Source: a virus. From it: a DNA stretch of 64,000 bases. Under the pieces are notes generated by a model. The model saw only the letters and a list, made by a program, of their open reading frames with translations, did not search any database and was not told the origin of the DNA. Positions within the stretch are counted from its first letter, which is position 1. Each line of letters opens with the position of its first letter. The position numbers were made by a program, and so were the translations under genes. Below, piece after piece: positions 10,423 to 17,283 of this stretch. The DNA is taken from IMG/VR virus record IMGVR_UViG_3300035208_003507, positions 1,080 through 65,079 of that record, one strand, 5' to 3'.

Positions 10423-11886
10423 ATGGCCCGGACTGTGAATCTACCGGTACTCGAGACCGAATTGACTGATGGTGGCATTGTCATCAATGCTACAAATATG
10501 GCTACAGATGTTGTTATGGCCATAGGTTTTTCTTCAGCTCTCACCACACAGCATGAAGTTGCTGGTGGCACACGCCCTACGTATAGCGACAATCCCATCC
10601 TTCTAGCTAAGGGTGATGAAGCCGACTATATTTATGGTTTTGCGAAAGATGGTTCCACTCTTACTCAGGCCGTTTATGAACTATCGGCTGGTGGCGCTAA
10701 CCGTATTTACACTGTAAACCTCGGCAAATGGAACTCGGCTGTGTTCGTGGATCCAACAACTGAGATCAGCTATGATCTGTTTAGCGGCACTGATATCATT
10801 GACAAAGAAGTATACCGTAGAGCCCTTAAGTATATCTATGGTGTTCTTAAGAACAAAACAGATTTCGACCTTCTCTTCCCTGTTGATGCTTATGCCTTTG
10901 ACAAAGTTGTAGTGAATAATAGATCATTAAGCTTCGCCTATGATCTAGCATTCCATTGTTTTGAGATGAATGCCCAAAACAACGAAGTCATTGGTATTAT
11001 CAACGTAGAGCCAGCTGCTTCTGGTACCCTAACCTATGTTGCAGGATATGTAGGAACAGCTCCTACCAAGAATACATTGGGTGTTATTACGGCCAATGGT
11101 ACTGGCCTACTAGGCGAAAAGGAAATGGCTGGAGATACGAGTGGTCTCCCAGGCTTTATCGCTTCCAACTTCGCCAATGATTCTGTCAACTATGGCTTGC
11201 CTCCTCTTAGCGATGCTGAAATGCTAACAGATCGCAAGGGTAACCCTGTTGACATTGGTAAGTTTATCGAAGTTATAGCCATTGAACCTAATTTCGTAAA
11301 TGCTGCATTCGCCAATGATGGGACTACTACTTATACAGGTCCTGGTGGATCTGCATATGCTGGTCTGGTTTCTAATCTTGCACCTCAGAGTGGTCCGACT
11401 AACAAATCGCTGGGTGGTGTATCCGGTTTGCGTTATAAGTTCTCAGAGCTTCAACTAGACAATCTAACTCAGAGCCGGCCAGATCTTCTAGAAGGTAGTG
11501 ATCTAGGCCACGTAGGTCATGTAACAGCTAAGCAAACCAACCGCGGTGTAGTTGTGGTTGACGGAGCTTCAGCTGCCAGACCTGCTTCTGACTACAGACG
11601 CACACAAACGATGCGTATTATCAATGCCATCAAGAAAGTGACCCGTAATATTGCGGATCCCTTTATTGGTGAACCTAATAGTGACGCTATGAGAGCATCA
11701 CTCAAAACCTCACTAGATAAGGCTTACCGGAAGTTTGTTGGCAAAGGTATCAGCCAGTATGACTTCCAGGTTATCGCCAGCTCTATTGACCGGGTTCTTG
11801 GCAGAATGTTAATTCAGTTGTCCATTGTCCCTGACACTGAGACACGCAGAATTGACTTCGTAGTTAATATGTCATCGAGCCTTTAA
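10423..11886 (+). CDS. Contractile tail sheath protein
   Basis: C-terminal sheath signature YRRTQTMRIINAI...FIGEPN...IQLSIVP..ETRRIDFVV; AYAGLVS...SGPTNK. Confidence 0.9.
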   Translation: MARTVNLPVLETELTDGGIVINATNMATDVVMAIGFSSALTTQHEVAGGTRPTYSDNPILLAKGDEADYIYGFAKDGSTLTQAVYELSAGGANRIYTVNLGKWNSAVFVDPTTEISYDLFSGTDIIDKEVYRRALKYIYGVLKNKTDFDLLFPVDAYAFDKVVVNNRSLSFAYDLAFHCFEMNAQNNEVIGIINVEPAASGTLTYVAGYVGTAPTKNTLGVITANGTGLLGEKEMAGDTSGLPGFIASNFANDSVNYGLPPLSDAEMLTDRKGNPVDIGKFIEVIAIEPNFVNAAFANDGTTTYTGPGGSAYAGLVSNLAPQSGPTNKSLGGVSGLRYKFSELQLDNLTQSRPDLLEGSDLGHVGHVTAKQTNRGVVVVDGASAARPASDYRRTQTMRIINAIKKVTRNIADPFIGEPNSDAMRASLKTSLDKAYRKFVGKGISQYDFQVIASSIDRVLGRMLIQLSIVPDTETRRIDFVVNMSSSL

Positions 11887-11921
11887 TTAACTAATAACCG
11901 CACTTATAGGAGCGGAGAACA

Positions 11922-12566
11922 ATGGCAGATCTGGAGGCGAGTACCTTAAGGTACTTGCCTCCAGGTCCAATTATGAAAAGATGTTCTGCTTGTAAAATGC
12001 CCAAGTTTCTCTCAGAGTTCTATAGTAATAACTCTAGAAAAGATGGATTATCTCACGATTGTAAAAAGTGTAATAAAGAAAGATCCACTTCTTTTAGAAT
12101 AAAAAGTCCGGATAAGGTAAAAAAATCTTTACATACCTGGTATCAAAATAATAAAGGGAAAGTTAGACTCAACGATAAAAAATGGCGGTTGGCAAACAAA
12201 GACAAAATAAGAAAAGCCAGTCTTGTCTGGTATAACAATAATAAAGAGAAGATGAGATCCAGTCGTAAAAAATGGGTAGCTCTTAATCCTGAGAAGCACA
12301 TGGCGGGGATCAGAAGATATCAACTCACACATCTTAATGCTACGCCACCTTGGGCTAAAGAAATAATGAAAATATACACCTTACAAATGTATAGAAAAGC
12401 AAGGGAATTGACAGAAACGACAGGAGTTAAACACGAAGTGGATCATATTCATCCATTACGAGGAAAAAATTTCAATGGTTTACACCTGCCATGGAACTTA
12501 CAAGTAATTTCGGCTTCTGAAAATAGAAGTAAGGGTAATAAAATAACTGAAGTCCTTCATAGTTAA
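11922..12566 (+). CDS. HNH homing endonuclease (free-standing)
   Basis: N-terminal CSAC...CKKC Zn finger, basic repeats, and HEVDHIHPLRG...GLHLPWNLQVISASENRSKGN HNH motif. Alternative in-frame start at ATG 11973. Confidence 0.9.
   Translation: MADLEASTLRYLPPGPIMKRCSACKMPKFLSEFYSNNSRKDGLSHDCKKCNKERSTSFRIKSPDKVKKSLHTWYQNNKGKVRLNDKKWRLANKDKIRKASLVWYNNNKEKMRSSRKKWVALNPEKHMAGIRRYQLTHLNATPPWAKEIMKIYTLQMYRKARELTETTGVKHEVDHIHPLRGKNFNGLHLPWNLQVISASENRSKGNKITEVLHS
11928..11967 (+). promoter_or_regulatory. 18-bp RNA hairpin at the 5' end of the HNH gene
   Basis: GATCTGGAGGCGAGTACC-TTAA-GGTACTTGCCTCCAGGTC gives 16 Watson-Crick and 2 G-U pairs. Confidence 0.6.
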
Positions 12567-12577
12567 GGAGTCTTACC

Positions 12578-13228
12578 ATGGCTGATCTTACAACAAGCCA
12601 GTACACTAGAACCTATACCTCCTTCTCTGGGTGTGATATGGTAGCTCATATCGATACTCTTAGGATTGGAGAGATCCAAGGTATTTCTTATTCGATTACG
12701 AGAGAAAAGGCTCCCATCTTCGTGATGGGTAAAGTCAATGCTGTCTCGTTTTCGAGAGGGAAGCGTGGGATCGCCGGAAGTATGGTGTTTATTATATTTG
12801 ACCGTGATCCTGTTCATCAGATCGCAGCTCGGTCTACTTATGTAGCCAAGTCTGATGAAAATGCGGTTCGTAGACATGTGTTCGGATTGCCGGCTGTGCC
12901 TGTTGATCAGGTAGACCAGAACGTTATTGCTTTCCTGGCCACCCCTCAGTATGCAGACGAAATCCCTCCGTTTGACGTATCGCTAACGGGCGCTAACGAA
13001 TATGGGCAAATTGCCTCGATGTCAATCCTGGGAGTGGAATTCTTGAACGAAGGTTCAGGAATCTCAGTTGATGATATTGTTAATGAAGCTGCATTCACCT
13101 ATGTCGCTCGTGAGAAGACTCCTCTTCTACCCGTCGAATATGGTGCAACTGGCATCGACATTATGGACCTCGGTGGGTCTGTTAACCTATCCGATATTCC
13201 TGCGCTGGTTGAAACTCAGACTCCATAA
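12578..13228 (+). CDS. Tail tube protein (probably the major tube)
   Basis: Follows the sheath; TSFSGCD, EIQGISYSITREKAP, RGKRGIAGS and PPFDV motifs; strong RBS; followed by a hairpin. Confidence 0.75.
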   Translation: MADLTTSQYTRTYTSFSGCDMVAHIDTLRIGEIQGISYSITREKAPIFVMGKVNAVSFSRGKRGIAGSMVFIIFDRDPVHQIAARSTYVAKSDENAVRRHVFGLPAVPVDQVDQNVIAFLATPQYADEIPPFDVSLTGANEYGQIASMSILGVEFLNEGSGISVDDIVNEAAFTYVAREKTPLLPVEYGATGIDIMDLGGSVNLSDIPALVETQTP

Positions 13229-13247
13229 CTTCTTATTACCGGTTGTG

Positions 13248-13290
13248 CAACCGCCTGGTGTATCCCCTCCACTGGGCGGTTGATCTTTCC
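13248..13290 (+). terminator. Stem-loop (terminator or mRNA stabiliser) after tail tube gene
   Basis: CAACCGCCTGGTG / CACTGGGCGGTTG 13-bp stem with a weak T tract. Confidence 0.6.
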
Positions 13291-13304
13291 TTCCTGGAAT
13301 ACCC

Positions 13305-13952
13305 ATGGCTGGCTTCCCTTCAGATCTAGATCGTATCAACGATCCGATTCTGCCTACAAGCAGATCGAATTATTTTGGTAGTACTAATAGTTTTTCGGGA
13401 TGCGATATCCGAGCTATTGTACATACCGATGATGGGAATATTGTTACCATTGGGAATCTCTCTACATTAACCTATTCTGTCCACCGTGAAAGATACCCTG
13501 TTAGAGCTTTAGGTTATAGATATCCAAAAGGCTATACAGCAGGTGGAGTTACAGTAGCAGGTACAATGATCTTCGCAGTCTTTGATCGTTATGCTCTCTA
13601 CGATATTGCCAAACAGAAAGCTCGTCTGGATAATGGGATAGGTGAAGCAGCCTATTCTCTCCAGGGTCACCAGATGGCTCCATTTGATGTTTCATGTATC
13701 TTCATTAATGAATTAGGACACCAGGCCAACCTTAACATATATGGTGTACAATTCGTCGATGAAAGTCAAACTATGTCAGTCAATGATATTTATATTGAAT
13801 CTTCTCATAGTTATGTGGCAGACGATATGGATGTTATGTTCCCAGGGTTAGAGGGGAAACCACTTCGGGCCACTAATCTTATGGTCCCTGAAACTATTTA
13901 TAAATTTGATACAGTTACCGGCCAGGTACTTACTTCTAATACTATCTACTAA
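13305..13952 (+). CDS. Tail tube paralog 2 (tube initiator-like)
   Basis: SFSGCD, LTYSVHRERYP, VAGTMIFAVFDR and APFDV align with 12578-13228. Confidence 0.7.
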   Translation: MAGFPSDLDRINDPILPTSRSNYFGSTNSFSGCDIRAIVHTDDGNIVTIGNLSTLTYSVHRERYPVRALGYRYPKGYTAGGVTVAGTMIFAVFDRYALYDIAKQKARLDNGIGEAAYSLQGHQMAPFDVSCIFINELGHQANLNIYGVQFVDESQTMSVNDIYIESSHSYVADDMDVMFPGLEGKPLRATNLMVPETIYKFDTVTGQVLTSNTIY

Positions 13953-14574
13953 TACCGATAATACCGACTCGATATAGAGTAGTATTAAATACAGGTCGCA
14001 TCATAGGGTGAAGTAACGACAGGTGATCTTGAAAGGGATGTAGCCACTTTCCATGCCTACCGCAAGTAGGTGATTCAAAAGGTATCCATTCCCAGTACTG
14101 ATATGCATTGTTAGCTAATAAGAAATTATCAGAAAGTTGTTTCATCAGAACAAAGGTGATGTCATAAGCTATCCAAGGTTCTTTTGAAGGTAAGATTTCA
14201 TCATAATCAGCGATTACTACTCGTTCATACTTCTTGTTTTCTTCCTTGCTCATCCGGTAACCAACTACAACAGCTCCAGACTGAGTTTTATAGACAGCAT
14301 ACATGACATTGGACTGGAACCATCTACGCGCTAGAGTCTTCGACATCCCATTTGGAGACGTTGGATCCCCACCCCCACCTCCGGAAGTAGATAGAGTACT
14401 ACCAAGCCAAGGCAAGGCCTCCAGGATGGTGTCAAAATTGAAGAATAAGGCCCTTTTTCCGGGACTTTCTTGGCTATAGATGGTTCTAGTGAAGTCAGCG
14501 TATACCTTAATATCGGCTTGGGCATTAAAAACCGTTATAATATATAGGGAAACAGCGATAAAGAAAGCTTTCAT
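13942..14574 (-). CDS. Secreted/periplasmic hypothetical protein (moron-like)
   Basis: Signal peptide MKAFFIAVSLYIITVFNAQA with an AxA cleavage site; GGAGGA RBS on the minus strand; own promoter. Confidence 0.65.
   Translation of the reverse strand: MKAFFIAVSLYIITVFNAQADIKVYADFTRTIYSQESPGKRALFFNFDTILEALPWLGSTLSTSGGGGGDPTSPNGMSKTLARRWFQSNVMYAVYKTQSGAVVVGYRMSKEENKKYERVVIADYDEILPSKEPWIAYDITFVLMKQLSDNFLLANNAYQYWEWIPFESPTCGRHGKWLHPFQDHLSLLHPMMRPVFNTTLYRVGIIGISR
14534..14549 (+). promoter_or_regulatory. Putative late promoter motif GTTATAATATATAGGG
   Basis: Copy of the recurrent motif, about 90 nt upstream of the 14640 gene. Confidence 0.5.
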
Positions 14575-14609
14575 ATGTCCTCCAGGACCATTTTGCTGAC
14601 CTCAGCAAT

Positions 14610-14638
14610 ATGGTATAGCAAAAATAGGAGAAAGTCAA
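14610..14638 (-). promoter_or_regulatory. sigma70-type promoter for the antisense gene
   Basis: Minus strand TTGACT-17 nt-TACCAT, followed by a TTGCTGA-CC-TCAGCAA inverted repeat (14593-14608). Confidence 0.55.
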
Positions 14639-14639
14639 G

Positions 14640-15494
14640 TTGGGTTCATCTAGTTGGCTAAATACCCTATTCAATAATGATAGGTTAACACTTAAACCAA
14701 CAACCGAATCTGATACATCAGGTATTGGTTTCAATGACCAGTCCAGAAGTTCGGGCGTTGAAAGATATACAACTGACTATTTCTGCGGTAGTCAAGTAGC
14801 TATATTCTTAGGTGACATCTGGCTTAATGAAATCTCAATGATCCAATACCAGATGGTACAGAACAAACGTCCTTTCTATGGATATAAATCCCAGAAATAT
14901 GATTTAGTGGCGAGAGGTACTCAGTTAGTAAATGGTGCCTTCTCAATGAACTATACTCATACTAACTTCCTGAATATGGTTGTTAGTAAATGGCTTGATA
15001 AAGATCACTCAGTAAGTCGTGCAGGAGCTGATGGGACAGTTGACGAGGCTTCAGTCCAACAGTTCCTCTTAGATGTCCGGAATAAGAAAGTTAGTCTTAG
15101 TGACCTAGACTATGTAAACATTCTTGACAAAGAAACCGCGGGCAAAACCGCTCAATTGGAGTTTGAGGATAAAGTATCTATCCTCGAGAGCTACTTTTGG
15201 GGCCTAGACTCCAAGACCCAACCAGAGAAAATGGCGGTACTCCCTCCCGATAATCTACCTGGTTTTGATATAATGATTACCTTCGGGAACTATCCAGGTG
15301 ACCGTAGAGTACAGGATGAGTACCTCAGTAGCCATACAGTTAAGATTATCAATGATGTTCATATAACTGGTCACTCAATCCAAGTAGCCATGACAGGGGA
15401 ACCTATCCAGGAAGTCTTTACTTTTCTAGCAAAAGGCGTGGATACTCCTCTTACCCGTATACCCAAACGTCTGGTAACTCAGATGGGTGAATAG
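14640..15494 (+). CDS. Tail tube paralog 3
   Basis: YFCGSQ, IQYQMVQNKRP, RGTQLVNGAF and LPGFDI align with the other two tube genes; carries a central insertion. Confidence 0.65.
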   Translation: MGSSSWLNTLFNNDRLTLKPTTESDTSGIGFNDQSRSSGVERYTTDYFCGSQVAIFLGDIWLNEISMIQYQMVQNKRPFYGYKSQKYDLVARGTQLVNGAFSMNYTHTNFLNMVVSKWLDKDHSVSRAGADGTVDEASVQQFLLDVRNKKVSLSDLDYVNILDKETAGKTAQLEFEDKVSILESYFWGLDSKTQPEKMAVLPPDNLPGFDIMITFGNYPGDRRVQDEYLSSHTVKIINDVHITGHSIQVAMTGEPIQEVFTFLAKGVDTPLTRIPKRLVTQMGE

Positions 15495-15496
15495 GC

Positions 15497-15525
15497 TTGA
15501 CATAACCATTATTTAATGGTAATAT
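15497..15525 (+). promoter_or_regulatory. sigma70-type promoter
   Basis: TTGACA-17 nt-TAATAT with a TG extension; the spacer holds the inverted repeat ACCATTA-TT-TAATGGT. Confidence 0.7.
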
Positions 15526-15557
15526 TATAGAGTTAGTAAACCTAGGAGGCAATTGCA

Positions 15558-15872
15558 ATGGGTGATGAACTAGACATTGAAGCACTAAAAACGAAACACG
15601 GTAAGATCTTCAAGGTTTCGTTTACTCCGGATGATGTGTTTTATGTACGCCGGCTTAAGAGGGCTGAACACCGTCGGATTGACAAATTGACTGAAGAGCA
15701 ACCACAAGAAGAGCGTGGCGATTTTGCAATGTTAAAGATCGTCGAAACAACTCTTCTCTGGCCCAAGAAAGACAATTGGGATGATGATCCTAGTGGATAC
15801 GTCCCAATGCTTTCTAATAAGGTTCTAGAACTAAGTGGATTTACACAGAACATTCTTACGGAACCAGTGTAA
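15558..15872 (+). CDS. Tail assembly chaperone 1 (putative)
   Basis: Small protein between tube and tape measure genes; LKTKHGKIF...FYVRRL...LWP...GYVPML...VLELSGF; GGAGG RBS. Confidence 0.65.
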   Translation: MGDELDIEALKTKHGKIFKVSFTPDDVFYVRRLKRAEHRRIDKLTEEQPQEERGDFAMLKIVETTLLWPKKDNWDDDPSGYVPMLSNKVLELSGFTQNILTEPV

Positions 15873-15898
15873 ATTTACTAGCCTATCTCTTCTTAAGG

Positions 15899-15933
15899 GG
15901 CCGGGTTCTCACACAGGGCCCGGCCTTTTGTTT
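15899..15933 (+). terminator. Rho-independent terminator
   Basis: GGCCGGGTTCT / AGGGCCCGGCC stem followed by TTTTGTTT. Confidence 0.8.
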
Positions 15934-15937
15934 ATGT

Positions 15938-15977
15938 GGGGCTATAGTTAAATGGGATAACTTCTGCTTTGCAAGCA
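15938..15977 (+). pseudogene. 5' half of an interrupted tRNA-Ala(TGC)
   Basis: GGGGCTA acceptor strand, D arm GTTA..TAAC, and anticodon arm TCTGC-TTTGCAA-GCA, cut off by the HNH stop codon. Confidence 0.75.
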
Positions 15978-16490
15978 TCATGAAAGTTTGTTGTAAAGAC
16001 CATCCTTAGCCAAATAGTGATCTTCTTGATGACAGGTTGGACATAGGATTTCAAGGTTTTCTATAACAGGGTTCTTACGATTTCTATCCTTGTGATGGAC
16101 TACTAGAACACCAGGAATCTTATTATATCCACAGCGATTACACTGCTTTGGATATTTTCTAAAAGCAACATCTCTATATTCACTATGTCCGTTACCGTAA
16201 TGTGGAGGTTGAATGGCTAAGATGCCACCGATGCGCTGACCTTGATCCTTATGCTTGCGACAACAGAAGTAGATAGAATGCTTTGATAGCTTAAGCTTAG
16301 AGGTATTCTTGTAGAATGGCTTGTTACAAAGAGCACAGTTGACGTTTAGCTTCGGCTTTTCTCGAAGAGAAGCACCGTATTTTGAGGAGCAAGCTAGAGA
16401 GCAGAATTTTCCTCTGTTTCTCTTTAGTTCTTTAAGAGGAGCCTCAAAAACTCCTTGACAGAACTTACATCTTGATGTTAAAGTCTTCAT
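15978..16490 (-). CDS. HNH endonuclease with Zn-finger repeats
   Basis: CKFC..FCSLAC and CALC..FCC fingers; CNRCG...VVHHKDRNRKN...NLEILCPTCHQEDH HNH motif; AAGGTG RBS. Confidence 0.9.
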   Translation of the reverse strand: MKTLTSRCKFCQGVFEAPLKELKRNRGKFCSLACSSKYGASLREKPKLNVNCALCNKPFYKNTSKLKLSKHSIYFCCRKHKDQGQRIGGILAIQPPHYGNGHSEYRDVAFRKYPKQCNRCGYNKIPGVLVVHHKDRNRKNPVIENLEILCPTCHQEDHYLAKDGLYNKLS

Positions 16491-16500
16491 GTTGCACCTT

Positions 16501-16575
16501 GGGGGTATAGTTTACTTGGGAAAACAGGATCCTTGCACGATCCGAAACTCAGTTCAAATCTGGGTACCTCCACCA
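16501..16575 (+). tRNA. trnA: tRNA-Ala(TGC), intact, CCA encoded
   Basis: Acceptor GGGGGTA/TACCTCC with G3:U70, anticodon arm GGATC-CTTGCAC-GATCC, T arm CTCAG-TTCAAAT-CTGGG, ACCA end. Confidence 0.92.
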
Positions 16576-16610
16576 ATATTCTAACATGAAAGTAGAGATT
16601 TTCTACATAA

Positions 16611-16642
16611 GAGTTGCAGGTTCAAGCCCAGTGGCTCCACCA
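16611..16642 (+). pseudogene. Degenerate 3' half of the interrupted tRNA-Ala
   Basis: GGTTCAAG T-loop and TGGCTCC-ACCA, which pairs with GGGGCTA at 15938 including G3:U70. The T stem is imperfect. Confidence 0.65.
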
Positions 16643-16662
16643 TATTCCTCCTCGGATTCAAA

Positions 16663-17283
16663 ATGACTCTATCTCTTAAAGAAGCCAAACTAGAACTTCT
16701 CTCAAAATATAAAGATATACTAGAATGGCCGACACCAGAATCTGGCATCACTATTCTATTCAGATTAATGTCAAAATCAGAACTTGATGTATTTAATACT
16801 TTATGTATAAAAGAAGAAGTAACATACGAAGCAGAAAATTTTATTCTTGATAACATTATCCTCTACCCACCAAAAGAAGTACTAGATGATAAACTACTTG
16901 AGGGGGAAGTTAAACAATTAGTACCTGTTGTAGTCCAGGCTTCTGGTTTTATGGGGGTTGATGATTTCCTTAATGAACTTAATCTTCAACGTCATATGGT
17001 TACATCAATGATGGGTCAAATGATGGCTTTCATCTCTCGAGCATTCCCTACTTATACGGTAACTGATCTAGAGAACATGAACTATAAGCAATTAGCTAGA
17101 CTTATTGCTCTTTCCGAATCACTTATGCAAGTAAAGTTTGATATACCAGATTTGACCCAAACACCCAAAAACATTTTGGAAAAGGGCCAGGAAGCAAAAG
17201 CAAAACTTACTCCCGAACAAATAATGGAAGCTCGTAAACGAGCTGAAGACATTATACGCGAGCATCATGCCTCTACCAAATAG
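16663..17283 (+). CDS. Tail assembly chaperone 2 (paralog of 15558-15872 with C-terminal extension)
   Basis: ILFRLM...ILYP...GEVKQL...VQASGF parallels chaperone 1; overlaps the tape-measure start. Confidence 0.6.
   Translation: MTLSLKEAKLELLSKYKDILEWPTPESGITILFRLMSKSELDVFNTLCIKEEVTYEAENFILDNIILYPPKEVLDDKLLEGEVKQLVPVVVQASGFMGVDDFLNELNLQRHMVTSMMGQMMAFISRAFPTYTVTDLENMNYKQLARLIALSESLMQVKFDIPDLTQTPKNILEKGQEAKAKLTPEQIMEARKRAEDIIREHHASTK

Noticed and set aside
11887..12577. Group I intron around the HNH gene
   Set aside because: The sheath and tube genes are both complete with their own stop and RBS, and there is no room or visible core for a ribozyme.
16592..16606. GTAGA-GATTT-TCTAC hairpin as a Cas12a-like repeat
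   Set aside because: Single copy, arms in the opposite order to the Cas12a repeat, and no spacers.
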